Shown: positions 26,501 through 40,034 of the stretch, one piece after another
How positions within the stretch are numbered: the first letter of the stretch is position 1
How the letters are laid out: every line of letters begins with the position of its first letter
From: Macrostomum lignano
Taxonomy: Eukaryota
Length of the DNA stretch: 64,000 nt
Direction: 5' to 3'
Assembly: GCA_002269645.1 (NCBI GenBank)
Contig: NIVC01000491.1
Coordinates: 186,001-250,000, forward strand
Notes under the pieces: model-generated
The model's input: only the letters and a program-made list of their open reading frames with translations
Told to the model about the DNA's origin: nothing
Database searches by the model: none
Translations under genes and position numbers: made by a program

Positions 26501-29500
26501 AGGTTAGAGAGTATACAGGAGGGGGGAAGTAGACAAGTGGGAGAGAAGCAGACACAGGAGGAAGAGAAGTGGACAGGTGGGAGAGAAGCAGACACAGGAG
26601 GAAGAGAAGTGGACAAGTGGGAGAGAAGTAGACACAGGAGGAAGAGAAGTGGACAGGTGGGAGAGAAGCAGACACAGGAGGAAGAGAAGTGGACAGGTGG
26701 GAGAGAAGCAGACACAGGAGGAAAAGAAGTGGACAGGTGGGAGAGAAGCAGACACAGGAGGAAGAGAAGTGGACAGGTGGGAGAGAAGCAGACACAGGAG
26801 GAAGAGAAGTGGACAGGTGGGAGAGAAGTAGACACAGGAGGAAGAGAAGTGGACAGGTGGGAGAGAAGTAGACACAGGAGGAAGAGAAGTGGACAGGTGG
26901 GAGAGAAGCAGAGACCCTAAGAAAACCCAAGCCGACTCACCCGCCAGTCGACCGGCTTCCTCGCCATCGTCGACCTTCTCGCCGACGCCGCCGCCGACGC
27001 CGCCGATAAAATTGCTGCGACTTCTTCGACTGTCGGGCTCGCCGCTTTGGAACTGCACCGGGCGTCCGCGGCGGCGGCAGGGCCGCAGGAGGACCAGTGC
27101 AGCGGCGGCCGCCAAGACCAGCAGCAGGAAGAAGAAGACAATCAGACCGATGACCACGGTGGCTCTCATACGGTGGCTGGCCGTGTAACTGTCTTTGCCG
27201 GCGTTCCTGCCGCCACTGCTCCCGCCTGCGGCATCGTCTGGTCCCCCAGATGCGGCAGGATATTCGCTGGAGTCCACTATTCGAACCCAGACTCGAACTG
27301 TTGAACTGAGCGAGCTGGGGTTGCCGTGGTCCCTAGCCTGGATGGTGAGCGGGAACTGTTCGGGCTGGCCCTCACCGAGCCGCGTCACGGACTTGATGAC
27401 GTACAGCGTGCCCGAGCTCGAGTCGATTTGTAGGCCGGAATTGGTTGCGTCGATGAGCGAGTAGGATACCCGACCGTTGTCATGGAGATCGCTGTCTATG
27501 GCTTTGGCCTCGAGTAGCGAGTAGCCAGCCGTGGCGCCAACGGGCAGCTTGAGGACTTGGCCATCTGAGGGCTGCGGGTGTTTGGCAATGGGTCAATGAG
27601 TGGGTCAGCTAATGGGTCAGCTATATGGGTCAGCTAATGGGTCAGCTAATGGGTCAGCTAATGGGTCAGCTAATGGGTCAGCTGTATGGGTCAGCTAATG
27701 GGTCAGCTAATGGGTCAGCTGATGGATCAGTAAGTGGGTCAGCTAATGGGTCAGTAAGTGGGTCAGCTAATGGGTCAGTAAGTGGGTCAGCTAATGGGTC
27801 AGCTAATGGGTCGGTAAATGGGTCAGTACGAGGGTCAGCTAATGGGTCAGTAAATGGGTCAGCTAATGGGTCAGCTGATGGATCAGTAAGTGGGTCAGCT
27901 AATGGGTCAGTAAGTGGGTCAGCTAATGGGTCAGTAAGTGGGTGAGCTAATGGGTCAGTAAGTGGGTGAGCTAATGGGTCAGTAAGTGGGTGAGCTAATG
28001 GGTCAGTAAGTGGGTCAGCTAATGGGTCAGTAAGTGGGTCAGCTAATGGTACATAAAATACTTGCATGCAGTAGGCATGAAGTTTCCAAACTGCTTTAAA
28101 ACAAACAGACACAGCAAAAGCAAAATTCGAACCTGCAGAAATCTCGGCCGACAGTCATTTACGTCGGTCACTTCGACAAAGACGGTCGCAGTGCCGGTGT
28201 GCCTGACTCCGTCCCGGTTGCTAGAAGTTTTACCGTCTAACGCCAGCACCCGAAATTCGTAGGTGCTCCTGGTCTCCCTGTCGAGCCTGTCTAGCAGGTT
28301 GATGGTTCCGGTGGTCTGGTCCAAGCGGAATAGGCGTCTAATTTCGTGATCGACATCGTGGTCGATTCGGTATTCGATGGCCGAGGCGTCGGATTCATCG
28401 GCGTCGTCAGCAGCCACGGTGCCGACTTTGCGGTAGTCCTTGGCCTCCTCGGCCACCCGGAACTTGTACTCGAGGCTGCGGAATCTCGGCGCGTTGTCGT
28501 TGCTGTCTTCGATGGTCACCACGACTGTGGCCGTGTCGGTGTGGGTCGGGTCCGAGTCCGACACCGACACTTGGAGAGTCACCTGTTGAATGGTTGGGGG
28601 CCGGGACTGAGAATGGGCTTCGATCCTGGTAGCTTCGAGGGGAGAGGGATTAGAAGGGATGGGAAAGATAGAGAGGAATGAGAGGAGGGAGGAAATGTGA
28701 GTACGAGCTAGATATGAGAATAAAATGTTAGTATAAAGGGTTAGGGAAAGGGGGTAGGCAGGGGAGATAGAGGCGAGTAGACAGGGGAGACAGAGGGGAG
28801 TAGACATGGGAGACAGAGGGGAGTAGACAGGGGAGACAGAGGGGAGTAGACAGGGGAGACAGAGGGGAGTAGACAGGGGAGACAGAGGGGAGTAGACAGG
28901 GGAGACAGAGGAAGTAGACAGGGGAGACAGAGGAAGTAGACAGGGGAGACAGAGGGGAGTAGACAGGGGAGACAGAGGGGAGTAGACAGGGGAGACAGAG
29001 GAAGTAGACAGGGGAGACAGAGGGGAGTAGACAGGGGAGACAGAGGGGAGTAGACAGGGGAGACAGAGGAGAGTAGACAGGGGAGACAGAGGAAGTAGAC
29101 AGGGGAGACAGAGGGGAGTAGACAGGGGAGACAGAGGGGAGTAGACAGGGGAGACAGATGGGAGTAGACAGGGGAGACAGAGGAAGTACACAGGGGAGAC
29201 AGAGGGGAGTAGACAGGGGAGACAGAGGGGAGTAGACAGGGGGGGGGAGACAAAGGCTACGGAGACCGGGAAGAACAAGAATCCAAAGCTCACTTGTGCC
29301 TTGGAGCGGCGCCCAGCTGCAACAGAGGCGCCAGTCAGGAGCTCGGGCGCCGCCAGCCTCGGGTCCTCGCGATCGAACGGACGGACAGCGAACAGCTCCC
29401 CTGTGCTGGCGTCGATCTGGAAGGCGCCATCCATCCAGGAAGCTGGAGACGTCGGCAACAGGGAGTACACCAGCTTGTTGTTGGGCTCTTCATCAGCGTC

Positions 29501-32486
29501 CTTGGCTGTGACGAATCCGAGAGATCTTCGCTGCTGCCGCTGTTCGGTCGCCGACACCGTCTGCGGTGGCTCATTCTCCGGCAGGTGAAATCGAAATGCG
29601 CCTCCTGGCGGCACCAGAAACCGCGGCGCATTGTCGTTCTGATCGACGACCCGCAGGCGGATTGTCGCGCTGCCGGTCAAGGACACCGGCGGGTGTCCGC
29701 GGTCGGTGCAGACCACTGCCAGCTCCACCGTTGGCCGCTGCTCCCGGTCCAGAGATCGAGTAGACCTCAGGGTGTACATCCGGTCCCGCTGGCTACTGCT
29801 GGACGATGTCGACGCGGCGAGAACAAATCCGCCGACTAGCAGCCCGTCGGCGCCTCCCGGGGTGTCGCTGAGCTTGCAGTCGACCTCGCCGCCCGGCCCG
29901 GAGTCGCCGTCTCGGGCGTGCACTCTGGCGACGTCAACGTTTGGCGCGTTCTCTGTGACAAGGCCGCGGCCGGCTTGTTGAGGATCGTTGCTGAAGTAGA
30001 TTACCGTTATCTGGCGACGGGTTGGGGTCAGGTGTATTTTTTATGGTTCATGGTTCAGGGTTCTTGGTTCATGGCTCAGAGTTCATGGTTCAGGGTTCAG
30101 GGTTCAGGGTTTAGAGTTCATGGTTCAGGGTTCAGGGTTCATGGCTCAGGGTTCAGGGTTCATGGTTCAGGGTTCAGGGTTCATGGTTCAGGGTTCAGGG
30201 TTCAAGGTTCAGGGTTCAGGGTTCATGGTTCAGGGTTCATGGTTCAGGCTTCAGGGTTGATGTTTAAGATGCTTAGGTGTTTAGATTTCCAGATATGATG
30301 CAGACATGTGGCTGGGAGAGTTGCCGTACGATTCACACCCATGACAGTGTACATGTCTGACTATTGGAAAGTCTGGGCCGCTGTACACCCCGTGTGAGCG
30401 TGTGCTTGTGCCTCTGACCAAAGTGATCAAGACCTGATGCCAAGTCAACCCTTCACTCACCTCTGGCGTCTCGTCGTTGACATCAGTCACGGTGACCACC
30501 AGTTTCGCTTCAGAGCTCCTGCGCGGGCTGCCCCTGTCTGTGGCCACAACCAGCAGCTCGAGCACCGCCTCACCGCTAGCTGGATCCAGCTTCGCCGATT
30601 CGGCGTCAATTCGTCGAGCTAGCGACACCGCGCCTCGTCCGTCGGCAGTTCTGGTGACTCGGAACATGCCGGCATGCCTGCCGCCGGTCAAGGAGTAGTC
30701 CACGATGCCATTCTGCCCGAAATCCTTGTCTGTGGCGAGGACATTGGCCACCGGACTGCCTACTGGCGAGTCCTCTCTGAGCGGCTGGCTGTGGTAAACC
30801 CTCTGCTCGAATACTGGGCGCTCGTCGTTGACGTCGGTGACCAGGACGTTCAGGGTGAGGGTTCCCGTTAGCTGGTTTCGACCGGAGTCCACTGCCAACA
30901 GGTGCAGGGTGTACCTGAATTTGGGAGGCCCAATGGCAAGCGGATGTCGTAATTTTGTGGTGTCAATTTGAATGCCTAGTAGACAAGGAGATAAAGGGGA
31001 GTAGACAGGGGAGACAGGGAAAATAATTAGCTACAACATCCGCCCCTATTAGCCGTATTATCCGCCCCCAGTAAGCTACAACATCCACCCCTATTAGCCA
31101 CAACATCCGCCCCCAATTAGATACAACATCCGCCCCCTGTTAGCTACAACATCCGCCCCCAATTAGATACAACATCCGCCCCCAATTAGACACAACATCC
31201 GCTCCCTATTAGCTACGACATCCGCTCCCAACCCCTTAAGCTACAACATCCGCCCTTTATTAGCTACAACATCCACCCCCTATTAGCTACAACATCCACC
31301 CCCTATTAGCTACAACATCCGCCCTTTATTAGCTACAACATCCACCCCCTATTAGCTACAACATCCGCCCCCTATTAGCTACAACATCCACCCCCTATTA
31401 GCTACAACATCCACCCCCTATTAGCTACAACATCCGCCCTTTATTAGCTACAGCATCCACCCCCTATTAGCTACAACATCCGCACTTTATTAGCTACAAC
31501 ATCCACCCCCTATTAGCTATAACATCCGCCCCCTATTAGCTATAACATCCGCCCCCTATTAGCTATAACATCCGCCCTTTATTAGCTACAACATCCACCC
31601 CCTTAAGCTACAACATCCGCCCTTTATTAGCTACAACATCCACACCCCCTAAAGCTACAACACCCGCCCCAATTAGATACAACACCCGCCCTCTCAATCA
31701 GCTGCAACCTCCGCCTCACCTGTCCTTCTCCTCCCTGTCCAAAACCCGGTTGGTGACCACGGACATCCGCTTGAACCGGCCGTCGCTGTTCTTGTCCAGA
31801 CTGAACGGCAAATCCTCGCTAGCCTCCGCGTTGACCAGCCGGTATTCGACCCGGCCGTTGGCCCCCTGATCTGGATCGGCGGCAGTCAGACTCAAAGTCA
31901 GATCGGCGCCACTCATTCCCGACAGTCTGGCCGGCGATTTTTCACCTTCAGCAACTTGAAGAGTCGCCGAGCTGCTGGAGAACGTCGGCCGGTTGTCGTT
32001 GTCGTCGGCCAGCCGAAGGACGAGCTCTTCAATCCTGGTGGAGCCCGGCCTGTCGGCAACCGGCCGGACGATGGCCAGAGGCAGCTCGCAGGGCTGCACG
32101 GAGTCGCAGCATGGGTGCCGAGTTTTTCGCTGGCGTCGCTGCCCGTAGCCGCTGCTGGCGGGTCGGCACAGGTCGTCGCGATCCAGGCGTCGAAGAGCGT
32201 ACAACTCGGCGCTGGTGCGGTTGATGGCCAGCCCGTCCACAATGACGGAGCCGGCGCTGTTTGGGAGGTTCATGACCTTCAGCAGCGACCAGGCTGTTTG
32301 GCTGCCGCCGAGGTTGAAACGTCGGTCAAGATTGTCCAGCACCGCGCCTGCCGGGGTGTCGTCGCTCAGGTCGATGATCGGATGCCCGGAGGTCGATGCG
32401 GCTGGTACTGCAGCGGCTGCGAGGCTGAGCAGCAGCAGCAGCAGCAGCAGCAGCTGAGTCACTGAGCCGCTGTTGATTGACAACAT
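20553..32486 (-). CDS. Protocadherin (signal peptide, 7 cadherin repeats, TM, cytoplasmic tail ending ASFV)
   Basis: Phase-compatible GT-AG exons: 32486-31720, 30914-30461, 30010-29294, 28582-28133, 27571-26941 and terminal 20929-20553. Repeated DxNDxxP, LDRE, AxDxD and DxGxP cadherin motifs; poly-Leu signal peptide; TM VVIGLIVFFFLLLVLAAAAALVLL. Extra small cytoplasmic exons in 23081-24912 are possible but unresolved. Confidence 0.9.
21030..22745. repeat. 24-bp minisatellite (GACTTCAGGACAGGGATTG[C/T]CATA)n, protocadherin last intron
   Basis: About 70 units with periodic variants (TTAAGG, TACGTCGTA, +2 bp). Confidence 0.95.
23187..24000. repeat. Purine-rich array (GAGA[G/T]ATGAAGGGAGAGAGAAG)n, intronic
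   Basis: Degenerate ~22-24-bp units. Confidence 0.9.
24934..25578. repeat. Pyrimidine-rich 14/15-bp array (CTCTGATCTCTCC[C]) grading into CTCTATTCTCTCC, intronic
   Basis: Directly visible tandem units. Confidence 0.9.
26165..26912. repeat. AGTAGACAG/GGACAGG purine array (20- and 40-bp units), intronic
   Basis: Tandem units ending 28 bp from the exon-5 donor. Confidence 0.9.
27588..28048. repeat. 12-bp minisatellite (GGGTCAGCTAAT / GGGTCAGTAAGT)n, protocadherin intron 4
   Basis: About 38 units. Confidence 0.95.
28755..29245. repeat. 23-bp minisatellite (AGTAGACAGGGGAGACAGAGGGG)n, protocadherin intron 3
   Basis: About 21 units. Confidence 0.95.
30045..30255. repeat. 7-bp (GGTTCA[G/T]/GGGTTCA)n array, protocadherin intron 2
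   Basis: Telomere-like heptamers. Confidence 0.9.
31026..31690. repeat. 23-bp minisatellite (TATTAGCTACAACATCC[A/G]CCCCC)n, protocadherin intron 1
   Basis: About 28 units. Confidence 0.95.
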
Positions 32487-32557
32487 CGCTGTTGGTTGAA
32501 GAGTGAGGAGGGTGATAAGGAGTGACAGTGAGAGCAGCTCTGCCTGTGATAATAATC

Positions 32558-33300
32558 CGAGAGTGAAAATAGAGTGACAACTCGGAGTGAAAATAGAGTG
32601 ACAACTCGGAGTGAAAATAGAGTGACAACTCGGAGTGAAAATAGAGTGACAACTCGGAGTGAAAAGAGTGACAACTTGGAGTGAAAATAGAGTGACAACT
32701 CGGAGTGAAAATAGAGTGACAACTCGGAGTGAAAATAGAGTGACAAATCGGAGTGAAAATAGAGTGACAAACGGAGTGAAAATAGAGTGACAAATCAGAG
32801 TGAAAAATAGAGTTTAAAAAATCGGAGTGAAAATAGAGTGACAACTCGGAGTGACTTTTGAAATGATAGTCAGAGTGAAATTTAAAGTGAAAAATCGGAG
32901 TGAGGTTTGGAGTGACAAATCCGAGTGAGGTTTGGAGTGACAGTCAGAGTAACATTTAAAGTGATAATCGGAGTGAAATGAAAATTGAGTGATAGATCGG
33001 AGTGACGTACGTTGGAGTGACAGTCGGAGTGACATTTAGAGTGACTAATCGGAGTGAAATGACAATTGAGTGATAGATCGGAGTGACGTACGTTGGAGTG
33101 ACAGTCGGAGTGACATTTAGAGTGACTAATCGGAGTGAAATGACAATTGAGTGATAGATCGGAGTGACGTACGTTGGAGTGACAGTCGGAGTGACATTTA
33201 GAGTGACTAATCGGAATGAAATGACAATTGAGTGATAGATCGGAGTGACGCACGTTGGAGTGACAATCGGAGTGACATTTAGAGTGACAATCGGAGTGAC
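32558..33300. repeat. 24-bp array (GGAGTGAAAATAGAGTGACAACTC)n grading into a ~78-bp higher-order GGAGTGAC repeat; probable protocadherin 5'UTR intron
   Basis: Tandem units; minus-strand acceptor TTATCACAG at 32544 and donor-like ATG|GTAACT near 33336. Confidence 0.85.
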
Positions 33301-33767
33301 ACAATATAGTAACCAAATAGACTGTAGAAAAGTTACCATAGATAATTTTTATCCCAGAATCCTAATTGGAGAAAGACCTGATCCCGCCATCCCCTCATCC
33401 CAAACTCCGCCTGAGTCATCTCATGTCACTCCCAGCATCCAGCATCATGCATAACCAATGACCCCCATTATTGCACAACGAGCATAAAATTGACAGCAAC
33501 AAGTGAATTCAGCAAGCCAGCCAGCCTCCGTCAGCTCAATATTAAACAGCACGCGCCCGCATCTTCAATTGAGAGGGGTTGGGAAGGTTTTACAACATGG
33601 GGGTCGCGCGCTATTGTTTGATTGGGGGATGAAGGGTTGTATGAGGAATCGCTAGGAACTATAGAGGAGAATCAGAAAGGGCCAAGGATGGCCAGAGCTA
33701 TATTTTGGAGTGTCAGATTTTCCAAAAACTCTACATCCGCATTGTACAGATCACTATGGGCTGACCT

Positions 33768-33960
33768 CATTCTACATTCTACATTCTGCATTATACATTC
33801 TGCATTATACATTCTGCATTCTACATTCTGCATTCTACATTCTAAATTCTGAATTCTACATTCTGCATTTTGCATTCTGCATCCTACATTATGCATTTTA
33901 CATTCTGCATTCTACATTCTGCATTCTACATTCTGCATTCTGCATATTACATTCTGCATT
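33768..33960. repeat. 7/14-bp array (ATTCTGCATTCTAC)n
   Basis: Directly visible. Confidence 0.9.
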
Positions 33961-34696
33961 CAAAATTTTATTTCATCTTTCAAATTTCAGGGTTAAGTTG
34001 GGTTAGGGTTAGGGTTGTCACTCCAGTCTCTCGTTCTGAGGTCTCCTTGCCGGAGCTCAACAAGTCTCTAAGCTCAGCCATTGTGGCTGAACCGGTCAAC
34101 TTCTACTCAATCATTTACATGCTTGATAAAACAAAAAAATGCGTGGAAAAAATCTACCTGCTCAATGGGGTTGGGGTGATTTCTGTGAGTTGCCTTTTTT
34201 CGCTCATTTTGCTACAGCTCTCTGCAACTCTCTGTCTCTCTGTCTGCCCCAGCTGTCTTCTAAAGGCGGAACACAGGCGCCTGTGTGTCTGATCTCAGCG
34301 TCCAACCCCCCCCCCCCAGCTAATCCCTCTCTTTCTGCACCCCCTTCCATAATTCCCTGATCCACTTGAAGCGAAGCATACTGCCACAAATAAGCCATTA
34401 AGCCTGTCGTATCTGGTCAAGGAGGTGAATCGCGGCGGCAGATGGCTGAGACAGGGGCGGCAACTGGTGGAGTTTATAATGAATAGATTTAATTGTGCTC
34501 ATGATTAGTTAGGAAAATTTGTTGCAAACCTACCTGATTCTAAGTTTGGCTTGAACCTAAAAAAGTCGGAAGAAACATAATTGGCGTAAGCGGAGTCAAC
34601 TTAGCATAAATGCTAAATATGTATCTATGGCTGACAGCATGAAATGATGTGGACATGAAATCAATTGTAGATTTGGATTGGTGGTGAAAGAAACCT

Positions 34697-35625
34697 ACAA
34701 TCTACCTCACAATCTGCCTCACAATCTGCCTCACAATCTACCTCCCAATCGGCTTCACAATCTGCCTTACAATCTGCCTCACAATCTGCCTCACAATCTT
34801 CCTCACAATCTGCCTCACAATCTGCCTCACAATCTGCCTCACAATCTGCTTCACAATCTGCCTCACAATCTGCCTCACAATCTGCTTCACAATCTGCCTC
34901 ACAATCTGCCTCACAATCTACCTCCCAATCTACCTCACAATCTGCCTCACAATCTGCTTCACAATCTGCCTCACAATCTGCCTCACAATCTACCTCACAA
35001 TCTACCTCCCAATCTGCCTCACAATCTGCCTCACAATCTGCTTCACAATCTGACTCACAATCTGCCTCACAATCTGCTTCACAATCTGCCTCACAATCTG
35101 CTTCACAATCTGACTCACAATCTGCTTCACAATCTGCTTCACAATCTGACTCACAATCTGCCTCACAATCTGCCTCACAATCTAGCTCACAATCTGCTTC
35201 ACAATCTGACTCACAATCTGCCTCACAATCTGCCTCGCAATCTGCCTCACAATCTGCCTCACAATCTGCCTCACAATCTGCCTCACAATCTGCCTCACAA
35301 TCTGCCTCACAGTCGGCTTCACAATCTATCTGACAATCTGCCTCACGATCTACCTCACAATCTGACCCACAATCTGTCTAATAATCTACCCACAATCTAG
35401 CTCACAAGGTGACTCACAATCTGACTCACATTCTGCCTCACGATCTACCTCACAATCTGACCCACAATCTGTCTAATAATCTACCCACAATCTAACTCAC
35501 AAGCTGACTCACAATCTGACTCACATTCTGCCTCACGATCTACCTCACAATCTGACCCACAATCTGTCTAATAATCTACCCACAAATCTGCCTCACAATC
35601 TGCCTCAATAACTACTTCACAGACT
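34697..35625. repeat. 12-bp minisatellite (CACAATCTGCCT)n
   Basis: More than 70 units, degenerating at the right end. Confidence 0.95.
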
Positions 35626-36129
35626 TCTTGAAATCTCACAATTTATATCGATTCAATATTAGCCAAACTTATCCATCTATTCAACTTCTGCGTATCTCTC
35701 TGTCTTTCACCTCATAGCTAGATGCAAGGCGCCCCTGCAGCTCAATTAGACTTATTCAGCTACATTAGCGACTAACTCAGAGTTTGAGCAGTCCGGCGGC
35801 TCTTTCTAATCCTCACAACTCGGCCGGGGCGCGCGAAGTTTCAGATTTCCTCAAATAGAAAGGTGCTAAGGATAAACAACTGCCTTTGCTTATCGTATTT
35901 CTCCCTTCCCCGTTCAATTACTGACTCAGGGCAGGTTGCCTCACTTTCCTTTCCAACAGCAAAACGGGCTATTGGGTCGGCTGGGAAAGGTTATGCAATA
36001 GGCCTTATTTGTTTAACACCCATCCATGTAAGGGAATTTGATGGGAAAATTACATTGATTACTTTTATCGTTCCCCGCACCTGGTCGCTTGCTATTGTAC
36101 CAGGTTTTTGTTCTCATAGGCAACTGCAG

Positions 36130-36680
36130 TAAAGCTTCCATCAGGGAAAGGAACAAGCTTCCATCAGGGAGAGGAACATGCTTCCATCAGGGAAAGGAAC
36201 AAGCTTCCATCAGGGAGAGGAACAAGCTTCCATCAGGGAGAGGAACATGCTTCCATCAGGGAGAGGAACAAGCTTCCATCAGGGAAAGGAACAAGCTTCC
36301 ATCAGGGAGAGGAACATGCTTCCATCAGGGAGAGGAACAAGCTTCCATCAGGGAGAGGAACATGCTTCCATCAGGGAAAGGAACAAGCTTCCATCAGGGA
36401 GAGGAACATGCTTCCACCAGGGAAAGGAACAATCTTCCATCAGGAGAGGAACAAGCTTCCATCAGGGAGAGGAACATGCTTCCACCAGGGAAAGGAACAA
36501 TCTTCCATCAGGAGAGGAACAAGCTTCCATCAGGGAAAGGAACAAGCTTCCATCAGGGAAAGGAACAAGCTTCCATCAGGGAAAGGAACAAGCTTCCATC
36601 AGGGAAAGGAACATGCTTCCACCAGGGAAAGGAACAATCTTCCATCAGGAGAGGAACAAGCTTCCATCAGGGAAAGGAAC
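36130..36680. repeat. 23-bp minisatellite (AGGAACAAGCTTCCATCAGGGA[A/G])n, array 1
   Basis: About 23 units. Confidence 0.95.
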
Positions 36681-37621
36681 AAGAGAATATCAAGATACAG
36701 GTTACCTTTTTTAAAAATCGATTAATTCAATAATAAGCTCTTGCCTAGGGATCTTCAAATTCGTTCCCACAGTGTTTTTTTATAGATGTATTAATAGAAA
36801 TCAAGTGAATGCCATAGCAGTGGATTTATTGCTAGAGAAATCCTGAATTCAAAGTTTCGTATAGGGAGAAAAGTTTCCACATGTACACACAGACACAGAT
36901 TGGGAAGAATAAATCAGAGAGGCTGGGAGAGGGGAAGGAGAGGCTGATATGTTTGATATGCTTTAAAATAGACTCAGCATGCAGCTGGGCTCCATCATGA
37001 AGCAGTGAAAGCAAGGGTTATTTATTCAACAATCATCAGTATAATACCGTCTTCCGCATGCTTTTACCATCAAATCCTAACCAGAAAAACGCTTGAGTAT
37101 ACACACAATGCCCGCAGGAGCTCTAGTAGGTCTGCATTTGATGGGGGGCTTGGAAAAATTTGCTGCACTCATGGAGGCTGGGCGTGTATTATGTATGGCT
37201 GAAATTTTCAAGTCTGTAAGTCTACCATCTGCTCGCTTGCTTTTAAAGTGACTTTTTAACCTGCTCTTTCACCAATGCATTGTTTCCCCGATGCCTTAAG
37301 CTCCTTATTACTTACGGCCTTAGCTATATGCATTTTAGGTGCCTTGACTCTGCCTGTCTCTCTCGGCTTTTTAGTCAAAGCTTTTTTCTAACCAAAAAAT
37401 ACTGTCTCTCTCATACCCGACGACCCGTGACCCTGGCTGGGTGGGTGGCCTAACAGGTTGTTGCTTAATATGGGAAAATATTGAAGCATAGGATGAGAAA
37501 GAGCTTTTATCTGGAATGAAATGGGTTTGCGCTTGAGCGGAGCGTTTTAAATGCGTTTGCAGCGGTACTTTTGGGATACGGCTGCGTTTTTATTGTTAAT
37601 GGTTTCATTGCGGAATTCAAG

Positions 37622-38000
37622 CATTCCCATCAGGGAAAGGAACAGGCTTCCATCAGGGAAAGGAACATGCTTCCATCAGGGAAAGGAACAAGCTTCCATC
37701 AGGGAAAGGAACAAGCTTCCATCAGGGAAAGGAACAAGCTTCCATCAGGGAAAGGAACAAGCTTCCATCAGGGAAAGGAACAAGCTTCCATCAGGGAAAG
37801 GAACAAGCTTCCATCAGGGAAAGGAACAAGCTTCCATCAGGGAAAGGAACAAGCTTCCATCAGGGAAAGGAACAAGCTTCCATCAGGGAAAGGAACAAGC
37901 TTCTATCAGGGAAAGGAACAAGCTTCTATCAGGGAAAGGAACAAGCTTCCATCAGGGAAAGGAACAAGCTTTCATCAGGGAAAAGAACAAGCTTCCATCA
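37622..38000. repeat. 23-bp minisatellite (AGGAACAAGCTTCCATCAGGGAA)n, array 2
   Basis: About 16 units, same family and orientation as 36130-36680. Confidence 0.95.
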
Positions 38001-38659
38001 GCTTTCCATGAACTTGCCCATAAAATTTCTGCCACGGAAGTGTCACTAAAAGGCAAATAAAAATTTATGTCTAATTCAGTTGAGAGAAAATTGCAATAAT
38101 AAAACTAGAATAAAATGGGACGCACACACATGAGACCAGGAGTTGAGCCCGTGTCCCATCTCGACCCTCCTCTAAAAATGCATTTTTTTCCACAATCAAC
38201 ACACCAGCAGTTGAAAGATTAATAACGCACGCACACAGCATAAGCATTCAGATAGAGAGATAAAGGGCGCGTGGGCATCCATCACTTGATTCTATAGATA
38301 ATAAATTCATTAGCATTTTGCTGGGCCTCTCTAACTTAACTCTATGTGTGCAGGTCGCCCCTACCCCCCCCCCACTATCAGCTCTAGCGATTTTTTTGTT
38401 TGTTGGCAGCGCTCTCGCAGATTAATACAAAGGGGCATTTGCCCGATGGATCCAGCCCAGCTCCAGCACAATATATTATGCATTATTTTTTAAATCCAGC
38501 TATATTGCTATTAGTTAGAGAATAGAATGACTCATTTTAAACTGTTGTGTTGTCTGGCGTGCAGAATTTTATAATCAGTATTGCAGGTGGGCAGGTATTA
38601 TAAATTAGCTAAAGAGATAAGTTTTGATAGTAAATAAGCACTTCATAAAAAACAGAGGG

Positions 38660-39400
38660 GGAGGCGCTAAGAACGGGGGAGACATGGGGGGCGCTAAGAA
38701 TGGGGGAGACATGGGGGCGCTAAGAATGGGGGAGACATGGGGTGCGCTAAGAATGGGGGAGACATGGGGGCGCTAAGAATGGGGGAGACATGGGGTGCGC
38801 TAAGAATGGGGGAGACATGGGGGCGCTAAGAATGGGGGAGACATGGGGGCGCTAAGAATGGGGGAGACATGGGGGCGCTAAGAATGGGGGAGACATGGGG
38901 TGCGCTAAGAATGGGGGAGACATGGGGGCGCTAAGAATGGGGGAGACATGGGGTGCGCTAAGAATGGGGGAGACATGGGGGCGCTAAGAATGGGGGAGAC
39001 ATGGGGGCGCTAAGAATGGGGGAGACATGGGGGCGCTAAGAATGGGGGAGACATGGGGTGCGCTAAGAATGGGGGAGACATGGGGGCGCTAAGAATGGTG
39101 GAGACATGGAGGGGGCGCTAAGAACGGGGGAGACATGGGGGCGCTAAGAATGGGGGAGACATGGGGTGCGCTAAGAATGGGGGAGACATGGGGGCGCTAA
39201 GAATGGTGGAGACATGGAGGGGGCGCTAAGAACGGGGGAGACATGGGGGCGCTAAGAACGGGGGAGACATGGGGCGCTAAGAATGGGGAGACATGGGGGC
39301 GCTAAGAATGGGGAATATAGGGGGGGGGGGGAATATAGGAGGGCGCTAAGAATGGGGGAGACATTAGGGGGCTAAGAATGGGGGAGACAACGGGGGGCGC
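38660..39400. repeat. 26/27-bp G-rich minisatellite (GGGGGCGCTAAGAATGGGGGAGACAT)n
   Basis: About 27 units. Confidence 0.95.
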
Positions 39401-39899
39401 TAGGAATAGGGAGACAGGTGGCGGGGCTAGATGAGGATGTCTCCAAATCGACCTGAAAGCTAACCTAACGGACAGACAGCAAGCCCCGATATTTGGAGAA
39501 GTCGGAGACTTAACAGCGGATGACTCATAATCCCAGATTGCTCGCGTCACGTTAAACCAGTCAAAGTTATGGGGAGGGAGTTGGTTAAAAGATTAAAAAA
39601 TCCTCCCACCCAGGTTTGCGAAGGCTGTTTAGTTTTAGGGATTCGAAATATTTTATGTCAGGAACGAAACAGCAATCAGTCTGATTAGATGTCTCGGGTC
39701 GGGTGTGAGAAATTTTGTTTTAATTTTGCAGCACAGATCGCCCTAATAGAGGCTTAAGCCTGAAAATTTTAATCAATTTATGGAATTTACAATAAATCTG
39801 GACTCAATACTGAAGATTGGAAATAAATTTTAACAAGTAGGCACTATCGTTCGCCCAGTTTTGCAAAATATTTGCTTAAAAATATTCCGCTATTATAAA

Positions 39900-40034
39900 T
39901 AAGATATGGCGCCATTAGAGACAAGATATGTTAAAACCTCTAGAAACTAGATATGGCGCTATTAGAAACGAGAGATATGGCCATTAGAAGCTAACTTTGG
40001 TAACCTTTAGAAACTAGATATGGCGCCACTTTAA
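39900..40034. repeat. Left remnant of the 22-bp ACTAGATATGGCGCCA... minisatellite
   Basis: Same units as 53181-53880, including a ~95-bp higher-order block also present at ~53761-53860. Confidence 0.85.

Noticed and set aside
33995-34016. Interstitial telomere (TTAGGG)n
   Set aside because: Only 2-3 units; expected by chance or trivial. The GGGTTCA array at 30045-30255 is not the canonical repeat.
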